A DNA stretch of 64,000 bases from Macrostomum lignano (taxonomy: Eukaryota): positions 62,001-126,000 of the forward strand of contig NIVC01002378.1 in the NCBI GenBank assembly GCA_002269645.1. The letters run 5' to 3'. Positions within the stretch are counted from its first letter, which is position 1, and every line of letters begins with the position of its first letter. Shown here one piece after another: positions 48,392 to 61,867 of the stretch. Under the pieces are notes generated by a model. That model was given only the letters and a program-made list of their open reading frames with translations, was not told the origin of the DNA and did not search any database. The translations under genes were made by a program, and so were the position numbers.

Positions 48392-49643
48392 AGGAATTCA
48401 ACCCTAATCATTTGTAACTTTTTTATCATTTACCTATTCATAAAAAAGTCTAATATAATATGACTAAAATAGCCAAAACCTTTACAACAAATTTTAAGTG
48501 TTTAAACCTAATAAGGCAAAAAAACAAAGGTCAAAGAACAAAAAATATTTTTTTATCATTTTTTTGCAAAAAACTTTACCTCTCATTCTTCTTTTGAATT
48601 ATTAAATAATTTAGCATACTAAACAAAGTTGAGTCCCTGACCAGAGTCAATAAGCCAAACCAATTAAAAAATATATTTTTTCTAATTTTTTAAGTATAAA
48701 ATATTTAAGTATTTGAAATAAAAGGTTAGTTATATAGATTATGACTATGACTATGTCATGAATTGAAAAATGGCAGCTATTATTGTTATAGTAACCATAT
48801 AAATAGTGAGACAGTTATTTTTGGTTACTACTTACAATAAATACTATCTAAATGAAGTAATGAACCTGGGCTACAATGCAACTAAGGACAAAGTGAAAGT
48901 GAATAAATTTAAAAAATAAAGAAACATGTTATTAATAAATATATTCATACAATAGTGGTAACTTCCAAATAGTTCTTGTTATAGTAGCATATTTTAGGTA
49001 ATTGTTAAGTTAACTATTAGTATTACATTGTAATTTAACTGAATTTTTTTCCATATGACCCAGGATGGAATTCTTGTATTTCTTAAGTCAAACAGAATTA
49101 TGTGATTTTTTATGGCGCGCAAAATATTTTTTATTGGTCACATTTTTTTTGGTACTTAGCACGTCGCAAAATAATGAAATAACAAAATAACAAAAGACAA
49201 TAACGAAAAATGCATTCTAAGAAAATGTGGTGATTTGAATTTTTGTCCAAATACGTATGTTAGAGAATGTTACGAGATTCTACTTTTTATAGAATTTTTT
49301 TCTAATTTTTACTTTTGTACCTTATTTAGTTTTTATTTTTTATTCTTTATTCTTTTTTTTGTGAGCTTAGCTAGTAGGATTATCTTTTGCAAAATCCAAT
49401 ATCTCAAGCGCACTTTTGCATATATTAAGAATTAGAAATTTTGTCTGAAATTCTGCGACGCATTTTTCTGGATTTTTTGACGCAAAATCACATTTTTTCG
49501 CTCAATTGCATAACACGTTATGATTTTTCTGCAAGAATTCCATCTAGGCATATGACCATAAAAATAACCATTTTGCTTCCTACCTATAGTGACAAAAAAA
49601 TAACAGTTTTGCTTTTCATACAGTTGTCAGTTAGGGCCTACAG

Positions 49644-50041
49644 TAGAGGTCGGATGGGATCCCAATCCCAATCCCGAAATCTCGGGATCCCGAGGAAAAT
49701 TGAATTCCCGCAGGACCAGACTCCCAACCCTAAAAAACTCGAGATTCGGGAACAGGTCTTTTGATTAAAAATTTATAGAATTAGTGATTACTTGAAGGTA
49801 TTTTGCTTTAACTTGTACTCATTACATTATTTACTTTGTTGGGCCTGGTTACAAAACTTCATATCAATTTCGTTGTGTTTTACTTCTTGATCTTTACAAT
49901 CTTTTCTCAATTTTGTTTAACTTTACATGGACAATACACTAAAAGACCTGATCCCGATTCCCAATCCCGATCCCGATCCCGAGAAAAAAATTATTCCCGA
50001 TCCTGATCCCGCCCAAAGATTTCAATCCCGTCCAACCTCTA
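49644..50041. mobile_element. hAT-type MITE
   Basis: TIRs tagaggtcggatgggat / atcccgtccaacctcta; perfect 8-bp TSD gcctacag at 49636-49643 and 50042-50049. Confidence 0.93.
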
Positions 50042-50935
50042 GCCTACAGTAAGTAAAGACCCTAGGCCTAGATAGTGTCTTATGTGACAACCATAGAAAT
50101 AACCATTTTGTTATTTATATGGTCACTGTAACAATAACAACTGCCTTGAAAAATAGTTAATTATATTGGCTTAGTATTTTTTAATATAGATTATAGAGAC
50201 TTTTATGCTAGAACTTAGGACATTAGACCTAATAATAGTTTTTAAACTATATCTTTTTGCAACTATAGCCTAAAGGCTAAAGGAACTTAGAATATTAGAG
50301 CAACAAAAACAATATAGGGCCTAGCCAACAAGTATTATGTGACAATGAGAAAATGTTAGCAATTTTTTTATACAAATCAATTTAATCTGGGCGTTGGCTA
50401 ATTGCTAATTTATTTTACACTGGCTTATGACTATGTCATGTAATGATTGTAGTCATGATAGCCATAGCCATACCATAGGCACTATAGTATTATACCAGAG
50501 CGTTATGGACATACTAACATACAAACATTAGAGATTTAGTATATTTGGATTAGTTAGGCCTAATTTTTTCATTAGTTTAACTATTTAATCGAAATTTATA
50601 TGTTTACTAATACTAACAGTCTGTGACAGTCTAAATACGTTAGAAAATTTCATTGGCGAGTCTACAGAATTCTGAAGACATAATCGATGTGTTGATGCGA
50701 TCACGATTATCCGCTACGCGACCGCGATCTCGATCAAACATCTTGTAAAATCATGCCGTGATCTAAAACATTTAAACTTGTAATAGTAAATCAAAACTTA
50801 TCAGTTTTTTTACTAATGTCTACTAAAAATCAAGATTTTTACTTTTTCAACGTTTTAAGCTTTTAAAAAAATAAAATTCATTACATAGGTTCTTACTGTG
50901 CTAATTCCAGAGTAAGAGCACTTCCCTTAACGAGC

Positions 50936-51184
50936 GGGTGTTGCTATTTCGCGGCCCGGCCCGGCGGTCTTGTTACTTTGGTTTTTAACTTAATTTAAAA
51001 AATAGAGCATCAGAAGTTCATTAAATTAACAATCAATATTTTACAATGTAGTAAACTCACAATTGACTCTAAAAATATGTGGCATTCTGGTCAGTATATT
51101 TTGTTTTACTTATTTACTAAAATAGATTTACATTGGCTAAATAGGGGCCGCCCGGCCGGGCCGGGCCGCGAAATAGCAACACCC
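50936..51184. mobile_element. Mutator/MULE-type MITE
   Basis: ~30-bp perfect TIRs gggtgttgctatttcgcggcccggcccggc; perfect 9-bp TSD ttaacgagc at 50927-50935 and 51185-51193. Confidence 0.92.
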
Positions 51185-52241
51185 TTAACGAGCTGCCCTG
51201 AATCACAGTGCAAAAATGTTTCTAAAGGAACTTTTTTAAAAATGCTTTCATGAAATATTTAAACAAAAAAGAAACGCAATGTGTGGGATGTAACATTAAT
51301 TACATTTAACATTAATTTTACGTGCAATTTTTATTGCGCGTTGCATGCTTGGCAAAAATTTTACATGTATATTTCATTGTATGTTGCATATTTATGCCAA
51401 ATGTGCAATAGCAGGTAACGGTACAGAAACTGAATGTCACGTTGTGATAGAATGAGTAGCGAAAGTTATGAAATCCTTTCATAAGATTTTACGCCGTGTG
51501 AAGGACTCATCAGACTGAATGATAAATTTACCGAATTACCGAAAAAATGCGTGTTAAAGGCGCGTTGTTTACGCGCTTAAATGCAAACGAAAACGCACAT
51601 TTTATGCGCATTATACGCGAGTATCTGTTGGTTGCGAAGGGTCAGAATATAGCCTCTACACTAGAGCAACTGCAGTATTTCGACTTTTGACTTAAATTAG
51701 ACACTTAAGAGCTGTAAAAACTCTGAGTGTATCATATCCCAGCTTCATTCTGCATATACAATTATGCATATGTTTCATATTCACTTAAAATGATAATTCA
51801 GTTAAATTTAACTGTGTATTTTTACGGTCTACTATATTACATGTGTACTTTAGTCCGTAATTGTACTAAAGCAGACGAGAAATTTTGCGAGGCTAGGACA
51901 GATAAGATTCCTTAAGCAGTTTTTCTTATTTCAATATTCACTGCAGACCCCACATCTCGAAAGTGATTTCGCACAAGAAGATAAGCGAATTAGCACGATA
52001 TTCGTCTGCGCCTCCAAGATGAAAATCTAGAAACGCTCACAGCAAATCTTGCTCGCTTCCTACCCTCACTCCGCGATCCACAGTCTACAATTAAATACAA
52101 AGTGACCTACGGACGGAGGTCTTAAATGAATTCGTCAACCCGCAGAAAAAAGCTAGCCTTAGATAACTTCATTTCACTTTTCTCTCAAGCGCTCTCTCTG
52201 ACACAGCAAGTTGCTACTAATTTTTGTGCGTTTCTCGGCCA

Positions 52242-52272
52242 GACAGACAAACAGACACTAAGACAGACACTA

Positions 52273-52319
<47 letters not shown>

Positions 52320-52320
52320 A

Positions 52321-52364
<44 letters not shown>

Positions 52365-52365
52365 C
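52242..52365. repeat. (CAGA)n microsatellite
   Basis: Direct observation. Confidence 0.95.
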
Positions 52366-52875
52366 TACACACTGGCCCAGCAGTGCAGAAGCAACTCCAT
52401 CCATCGAACCCAAAAGTCTCCCAGTGACCGGAGTAATGTCCAGCTGCCTCGCCAAAAACAACCTATAGCACAGTAACGATTTTTTCGACAATTAATTGTT
52501 TTGTTTTTCATGTGTTTTCTGCAAAAAACCTCTCACAAAAGAACTGGCCATTGCTTAATGGACGCAAAGAGCTGGACAATTGGGCTCATTATAGCCATGG
52601 ACAGGCACGGTCCTGTCTCTGCACAGGTTGCACAAAAAGCCCCTGGATTCATTTTCCGATTCCATCTCCATTTTTGAAAGCAAACGGCACGATCTCAATG
52701 AAAAAATCAGCTTCGATTGAACACATTTTTCCGATGATCAAAAGAAAAACTGGACTTGAAAGAAGACTTGTCCAGAAACTTTCGGTATTTGCGTGATTCA
52801 TTTCTAAGCATAAGTGAAGAAGCTTGCTGTCTCTTGAGCAGATAAATGATGCAACTAGGGTTGCGGTTGCTGAGC

Positions 52876-54955
52876 AGAGTGAGAGTCAGTCACTGATCAT
52901 TATAGAATTGTAGAGTGAGAGTCAGTCACTGATCATTATAGAATTGTAGAGTGAGAGTCAGTCACTGATCATTATAGAATTGTAGAGTGAGAGTCAGTCA
53001 CTGATCATTATAGAATTGTAGAGTGAGAGTCAAGTCACTGATCATTATAGAATTGTAGAGTGAGAGTCAGTCACTGATCATTATAGAATGGTAGAGTGAG
53101 AGTCAGTCACTGATCATTATAGAATGGTAGAGTGAGAGTCAGTCACTGATCATTATAGAATTGTAGAGTGAGAGTCACAGTCACTGATCATTATAGAATT
53201 GTAGAGTGAGAGTCAGTCACTGATCATTATAGAATTGTAGAGTGAGACAGTCACTGATCATTATAGAATTGTAGAGTGAGAGTCACAGTCACTGATCATT
53301 ATAGAATTGTAGAGTGAGAGTCAGTCACTGATCATTATAGAATTGTAGAGTGAGAGTCAGTCACTGATCATTATAGAATTGTAGAGTGAGAGTCACAGTC
53401 ACTGATCATTATAGAATTGTAGAGTGAGAGTCAGTCACTGATCATAGAATGGTAGAGTGAGAGTCAGTCACTGATCATAGAATGGTAGAGTCAAGGTCAC
53501 AGTCACTGATCATAGAATGGTAGAGTGAGGGTCACTGTCACTGATCATAGAATGGTAGAGTGAGGGTCACTGTCACTGATCATAGAATGGTAGAGTGAGG
53601 GTCACTGTCACTGATCATAGAATGGTAGAGTGAGGGTCACAGGCACTGATCATAGAATGGTAGAGTGAGGGTCACAGTCACTGATCATAGAATGGTAGAG
53701 TGAGGGTCACAGTCACTGATCATAGAATGGTAGAATGAGAGTCACTGTCACTGATCATAGAATGGTAGAGTGAGGGTCACAGTCACTGATCATAGAATGG
53801 TAGAGTCAGGGTCACTGTCACTGATCATAGAATGGTAGAGTGAGGGTCACAGTCACTGATCGTAGAATGGTAGAGTGAGGGTCACAGTCACTAATCATTA
53901 TATATGTAGAATTGTAGAGTCAGGGTCACAGTCACTGATCATTATACATGTAGAATTGTAGAGTCAGGGTCACAGTCACTGATAGAATGGTAGAGTCAAG
54001 GTCACAGTCACTGATCATAGAATGGTAGAGTGAGGGTCACTGTCACTGATCATAGAATGGTAGAGTCAGGGTCACTGTCACTGATCATAGAATGGTAGAG
54101 TCAGGGTCACTGTCACTGATCATAGAATGGTAGAGTCAGGGTCACAGTCACTGATCATAGAATGGTAGAGTCAGGGTCACAGTCACTGATCATAGAATGG
54201 TAGAGTGAGGGTCACAGTCACTGATCATAGAATGGTAGAGTGAGGGTCACAGTCACTGATCATAGAATGGTAGAGTGAGGGTCACTGTCACTGATCATAG
54301 AATGGTAGAGTCAGGGTCACAGTCACTGATCGTAGAATGGTAGAGTGAGGGTCACAGTCACTAATCACTATACATGTAGAATTGTAGAGTCAGGGTCACT
54401 GTCACTGATCATTATACATGTAGAATTGTAGAGTCAGGGTCACTGTCACTGATCATTATACATGTAGAATTGTAGAGTCAGGGTCACAGTCACTGATAGA
54501 ATGGTAGAGTCAGGGTCACTGTCACTGATAGAATGGTAGAGTCAGGGTCACTGTCACTGATCATAGAATGGTAGAGTCAGGGTCACAGTCACTGATAGAA
54601 TGGTAGAGTCAGGGTCACAGTCACTGATAGAATGGTAGAGTCAGAGTCACTGTCACTGATCATAGAATGGTAGAGTGAGGTCACTGTCACTGATCATAGA
54701 ATGGTAGAGTGAGGGTCACTGTCACTGATCATAGAATGGTAGAGTGAGGGTCACTGTCACTGATCATAGAATGGTAGAGTGAGGGTCACTGTACTGATCA
54801 TAGAATGGTAGAGTCAGGGTCACAGTCACTGATAGAATGGTAGAGTCAGGGTCACTGTCACTGATCATAGAAGGTAGAGTCAGGGTCACTGTCACTGATC
54901 AAGAATGGTAGAGTGAGGGTCACAGTCACTGATCATAGAATGGTAGAGTGAGGGT
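52876..54955. repeat. 35/36-bp satellite array, left copy, truncated by the assembly gap
   Basis: 36-bp unit agagtgagagtcagtcactgatcattatagaattgt grading into 35-bp agagtgagggtcacagtcactgatcatagaatggt. Confidence 0.97.
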
Positions 54956-55455
54956 NNNNNNNNNNNNNNNNNNNNNNNNNNNNNNNNNNNNNNNNNNNNN
55001 NNNNNNNNNNNNNNNNNNNNNNNNNNNNNNNNNNNNNNNNNNNNNNNNNNNNNNNNNNNNNNNNNNNNNNNNNNNNNNNNNNNNNNNNNNNNNNNNNNNN
55101 NNNNNNNNNNNNNNNNNNNNNNNNNNNNNNNNNNNNNNNNNNNNNNNNNNNNNNNNNNNNNNNNNNNNNNNNNNNNNNNNNNNNNNNNNNNNNNNNNNNN
55201 NNNNNNNNNNNNNNNNNNNNNNNNNNNNNNNNNNNNNNNNNNNNNNNNNNNNNNNNNNNNNNNNNNNNNNNNNNNNNNNNNNNNNNNNNNNNNNNNNNNN
55301 NNNNNNNNNNNNNNNNNNNNNNNNNNNNNNNNNNNNNNNNNNNNNNNNNNNNNNNNNNNNNNNNNNNNNNNNNNNNNNNNNNNNNNNNNNNNNNNNNNNN
55401 NNNNNNNNNNNNNNNNNNNNNNNNNNNNNNNNNNNNNNNNNNNNNNNNNNNNNNA
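54956..55455. other. Assembly gap (500 N)
   Basis: Run of N. Confidence 0.99.
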
Positions 55456-57029
55456 ATCTCTCTGAATTTTTATCTCGCCCGTCGAGACCAGCTCTCCCGC
55501 ATGCTCTCAAGCCCCTCCACTCCCCACTGGCTTTTCAATTTTATGACGCAACCCGAGACGGCAGAGATTTATTTCCGACGGCTTTCACTGCGCGATTCAA
55601 CGCGGAAGCAATAAAAATGAATGGAGTGAGACAGAAAATCTATGAGTTACCTTCCGATTCGATACAATCGGACGTTTTTTCTCTCTGGTTTCGTTGCTGT
55701 TTAACAGTAGAAAAGTTTGCCGCTTCGCTTGAACGGAGCATGACAGCTAAGCTACAAGGACGCTAAGCTGGCAAAACACTTGGTTTTGCTGGGGAAAAAT
55801 GCATCAACGAGATATAGGAAACTTTCTCACCTTGTGGACACATCAAGCAAGCAGGTGTTTCGTTCGGGGCGGACTCACAATGTTATCAGGCTATCTCATT
55901 TTAATGCAGAGCTACCCCTGATGAGACTGATGAAAAAGGATGACGAACGAACGAACATTTGATAAGCGTGTGCATGTAGTAGGCGTTGGCAAGGGTCAGA
56001 CAGGGTCAGGATTATGCAGTCCTTGAGGCGGGAAAACCAAGCGAAGAGACTTCAAGAGGCTGCGTGGGCGTGGCCTAAACGTCTTCCTAATTATTGTTAT
56101 TTCTAAGCAAGCAAATGTACTTTTGGTAGATATTCGATACCGATCACTTGGAAATCAGCAAGTTTTGAGAGCTGCTTGAGTACATATACGCATAGGTGCG
56201 CGCTATCGACATGATATTAGTTAGGTATAGTGCAACTCTCAGCCTAATGTGCTTGGTCGAGCTTGAGAACTCTCTATCTCTATCCAAATCTGTTTTATAC
56301 TTCTTGTTCCCGTCCTCTCGGCAGTTTATCTGTTAACCTCATGAATAATTAATTAGCTAACCGAGTGCATAATTTACAACTACAAGAGGCAGTCATTTAA
56401 GTCAGTAGGGCTCAGTTCAGGGAGATCCCACTATCAATCCTATTATATTGCGAAGCTGCTGGTCTGGGTTAGGGGATTATTATCCCATTTTCAACCGACA
56501 ATCACGGGACCGTCGTCTCCGGTTTTCTCTGGCAGACAAAAACTCAGCCTCTATATAATACGCCTCATAATAGAGAAGTCGCATTGTCCAATCGGTTATT
56601 GTGTTATTCTGTCTTCTGTACGTGCGTTATTGTTAACCTCGCGCGAGCACTTGACAATCTGTGCTGCTGTTCCTCCTGGCGAGGGTCACGCCGGATGGCG
56701 ATCCTGTCGTTCTCTTCTTTTTTACGCTCCCGTATCTCTATTTATCCACCACTATGGCGCCCCTCCATCCTCTGGTCGCTCTGCTTGGTAATGATCGCAT
56801 GAGTTACCTGGATTGACAGCAGCAGATAAGTAAGAGTCGTTGCGCGGGCCTGGAAATTATTAGTACTCGAGAGCAAATAAAGAATATAAGAGGGGAGGGC
56901 GTGGCCAGGCTGACAAATGGATCGAAGGGAGCGATTCTCAAGTAGGCCATTGGTGTTCGACCACTGATCAGCTGTCCATGCGGCTGAAGTGAACATTATT
57001 GAAATGATACTGATATGGCATAGGTTACA

Positions 57030-57560
57030 GCATGCAGTGAGCAGTCCTGCTTGACTCTGACACTGTACAGCATGCAGTGAGCAGTTCTACTTGACTCTGA
57101 TACCGTAGAGCATGCAGTGAGCAGTTCTGCTTGACTCTGACACCGTAGAGCATGCAGTGAGCAGTTCTACTTGACTCTGATACGTAGAGCATGCAGTGAG
57201 CAGTTCTACTTGACTGTGATACCGTAGAGCATGCAGTGAGCAGTTCTACTTGACTCTGACACCGTAGAGCATGCAGTGAGCAGTTCTACTTGACTCTGAC
57301 ACCGTAGAGCATGCAGTGAGCAGTTCTGCTTGACTCTGACACCGTAGAGCATGCAGTGAGCAGTCCTGCTTGACTCTGATACCGTAGAGCATGCAGTGAG
57401 CAGTTCTACTTGACTCTGATACCGTAGAGCATGCAGTGAGCAGTTCTGCTTGACTCTGACACCGTAGAGCATGCAGTGAGCAGTTCTGCTTGACTCTGAC
57501 ACCGTAGAGCATGCAGTGAGCAGTCCTGCTTGACTGACACGGTACAGCATTCAGTGATCC
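57030..57560. repeat. 40-bp minisatellite, ~13 copies
   Basis: Unit accgtagagcatgcagtgagcagttctacttgactctgat. Confidence 0.95.
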
Positions 57561-58524
57561 TGATTGATTCTGACACTGCATCGTACAATCAGACTTATAT
57601 ATGACAGCATTAGGGGTAAAAGGGCAGCCATTGTGAGCACACAACTACAATAGAGTTGAGGCATCAGTCTTGACAGACAGAGCAGCACAGATTTGCCTGC
57701 AAAAGGAATCTCAGAATAATTTAGTCAGCAAATAAAATTAGCACTTCATCATGAAATTTTCCTGGTTAGGGCTTGAAAAGCAACGGGCTGAAGGCATGAA
57801 TAAGCTCAAACTGAACTCATCGCATTCCCTGCGGCTTATGGCCTCGCAGAATCAGCAGGCAGTCAGGGGGGCAGGACTTGAGACTTCAGAGACTCAAAGG
57901 GATTATATATAAAGGCAAAAGCTGTCCGAAGCTGAAAGAGGGAAGCGCTTGGGCCGAAGCGAAAATCAATTAATTAGACTGCCGGCCCACCGGTGGGACC
58001 AGGTGCGGCTCCGAAGCCCGCAGGGAATTCGATGCTCAGGAGCGGTCAATTAGAAAAAAAATAATTCGCAGAGATGATTTTCTAGCTGCAGAATCTTCTT
58101 TTTCTATTTTCTCGCTGCTTCTGCCCCATGAAAATGAAATCGCACAGTTTTTTATCTTTTCTATTTCTGCTCTCTTAGTCAAGCGCAGTGGATTCTTGAA
58201 AGGAGCCAGAGAGAGAAAGAGTGAGAGGTGATAATCAAGCACAGATTCATTTGGTATTCACAAAGTGACAGAGCGGGGCAAGTCCACCGACTTGCTCAGG
58301 GGAATCAACAGAACCTCCGCCCTCCGATGGGAATTGCAGCTTTTTAAGCAATTTTTAAATATAATTCCAGTCTCACCCCGGCTCAGCTGAGAAGTTTTTC
58401 GCTTCCTTTTTATGCCTTTATGCCTCACCCAGTTCACGAGTGTCATCCTCCGGGTTGCATCCCGCACCTGAGGGTGCTTTTCTCATCCCTATGTGGCGAT
58501 AACCTACCAATAAGCAATGCCCTA

Positions 58525-59135
58525 AAAGCTTTAACCAACCTCTAATTGGTGCCATAAAGGCTTTAAACAACCTTTAATTGGTGCCGTAAAAGCTTTAACC
58601 TACCCCTAATTTGTGCCATAAAAGCTTTAGCCTACCTCTAATTGGTGTCATAAAAGCTTTAGCCTACCTCTAATTGGTGTCATAAAAGCTTTAAACTACC
58701 TCTAATTGGTTCCCTCCAAGCCATAAACTACCCCTAATTGGTTCCCTCCAAGCCATAAACTACCCCTAATTGGTTTCCTCCAAGCCATAAACTACCCCTA
58801 ATTGGTTTCCTCCAAGCCATAAACTACCCCTAATTGGTTTCCTCCAAGCCTTAACCTACCCCTAATTAGTTCACTCCAAGCCATAAACTACCCCTAATTG
58901 GTTTCCTCCAAGCCATAAACTACCCCTAATTGGTTTCCTCCAAGCCATAAACTACCCCTAATTGGTTTCCTCCAAGCCTTAACCTACCCCTAATTAGTTC
59001 ACTCCAAGCATTAACCTACCCCTAATTGGTGCCCTCCAAGCCTTAAGCTACCCCTAATTGGTGCCCTCCAAGCCTTAACCTACCCCTAATTAGTTCACTC
59101 CAAGCCTTAACCTACCCCTAATTGGTGTTCTAATT
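58525..59135. repeat. ~32-bp minisatellite
   Basis: Unit approximately aagccataaactacccctaattggtttcctcc. Confidence 0.93.
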
Positions 59136-59366
59136 GGGCTAAGCAGCTATCCATAGAATTTCACAAGGGCACTACTCCCTATAATTCAAGACCTTACTGA
59201 TCATCAAGAACTCAACAGGCAGTAAGACTATTCTTCCCAGCTAATCATTTCCGCTAAGCTGAAGAATACTTTAGCTTTGAACAAAAACAACCAGCTTAAT
59301 AGGGATGGGAGGATCGGTGGGTCACCGCGCATCGGTGCAAATCAAATTGCCAGGCTCAGGAAGCGG

Positions 59367-59961
<595 letters not shown>

Positions 59962-60534
59962 CAGTGCATTTTTTAAAACCGCCTTTCATTCGGCATTCAT
60001 CAGTTTAGCTAACAGTTGCTTTTTATATCCGCGATGGCGTTCAGCTAGAGAGGCTGGAATGAACAAAAAGAGAATCGTGACGCCGGGGCGATTCCAGCCA
60101 CCTTGCCGACTGCGCACTCTGACAGGAAAGACAAACACAGGCCCATCTTCAAGCTTTCCTTACCCGACGACGCGCCCCGCCGCCTCTTACACAACGTTGC
60201 CAATTGTTTGCCAAATGTGGATCCGTGCTCAGCGACCCCTGCAGCTGCGCCTCATCTGCCCGTCTCTCTGTGTCTCTCTCTCTTTCTCTGTCTCTTTGTT
60301 TCTCCTCCTGTTCCTTTCTTTGTTGACTTCTCACTTTCCATTTCTGTTCCTCTCTTCCCCCCTCTCTCTTTTTCTTGTGTTATTTGCTTGAAAAAAATTT
60401 TTTTTGGCATCAGTTCAAAAGGACAAGTTTTTTCCTAGAGATTCTATCGATCAATCAGTGAATCAGAGAAATTTAGGAATTTGCTTGTTTGACAGGTAAG
60501 CGCCATTTTTAGCGCTCTTCATACCCAAACTGGA

Positions 60535-61125
60535 GCCCCTAAAATCTAAAATGGCGCCCCATAACATCTAAAGTGGCACCCCATAACATCTAAAGTGGCG
60601 CCAACTAGCATTTAAAGTGGCACCCCATAAAATCTAAAGTGGCACCCCCTAACATCTAAACTGGCGCCCCCAGACACCTAAAGTGGCGCCCCCTAACATC
60701 TAAAGTGGCGCCAACTAGCATCTAAAGTAGCGCCCCTAACAGCTAAAGTGGCGCCAACTAGCATCTAAAGTGGCGCCAACTAGCATCTAAAGTAGCGCCC
60801 CTAACAGCTAAAGTGGCGCCAACTAACATCTAAATTGGCGCCAACTAACATCTAAAGTGGCACCCCCTAACAGCTAAAGTGGCGCCAACTAGCATCTAAA
60901 GTGGCGCCAACTAATATCTGAAGTGGCGCCAACTAACATCTAAAGTGGCGCCAACTAATATCTGAAGTGGCGCCAACTAACATCTAAAGTGGCGCCAACT
61001 AACATCTAAAGTAGCGCCCCTAACAGCTAAAGTGGCGCCAACTAACATCTAAAGTTGCGCCTCTAACATCTAAAGTGGCGCCCCCTAACATCTAAAGTGG
61101 CGCCCCCTAACATCTAAAGTGGCTC
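60535..61125. repeat. 22-bp minisatellite
   Basis: Unit approximately aaagtggcgccaactaacatct. Confidence 0.93.
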
Positions 61126-61867
61126 TCCTAAAACCCAAACGGGGCCCCCAACATACAAAGTAAAGATAAAGGCTTTAATATCTATAACTACGGCTCGTAT
61201 ACTATTCCCAACTATTATCTTAGGGATACTATTTTCAGTGGAATACTCTATTAGACTACTGATACCCACCGAAGATGTGTTAAATAACCCAAAACATGAC
61301 TGAACAGTGAGAAACACCAGCGTCTGCATATGACAGCTTCAGTGCCCCCCATCTCAGTTGAGAGAAAAAATAATTTCGAGTCCTTTGCAGAATTCCCCCG
61401 CACTATATGTCACTCTTTCTCTCTCGAGCACACCTCCAGCCCCGCGAGCAGTCAAGATTAGATTTCACTGGTACATGTAGGAGCAGCCTTCAGAGCTTAT
61501 CCCTATATGAGCTTGTGACTTTGACAGCTAAATTTGAGCTCAAGCAACATATCCCTCTGCCATCAGGGATAACCAGGAAGTTAACCCCCCCCCCCCTAAT
61601 CAAACACTGTCTCCATTATCGCATACCTCGTCACTTCCATCCATCCATCTATTTGCCATCCGGGTTGGCGTAGGCCTATACCATTTGCTGGTATTTTCCC
61701 TACACTTTTTTCATGTTTCTCTCTGGCGGGGGTGAAGAAGGACCTCCGTATGCAGCAGAGGCCGTCGGTCGTTTGGTGCACGATTTTGGTAATCATTTTT
61801 TAGGGGTCTGCAAAATGCATGCCATGCAGTTGATGTTCACTCACTGGGCAGACTGGCTTTTGTTATT

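Noticed and set aside
54926-55766. ORFs spanning the N-run
   Set aside because: Artefacts of translating the assembly gap.
56580-57000. GC-rich segment resembling a minus-strand exon
   Set aside because: All three frames hit stops near 56745-56760; no coherent model.
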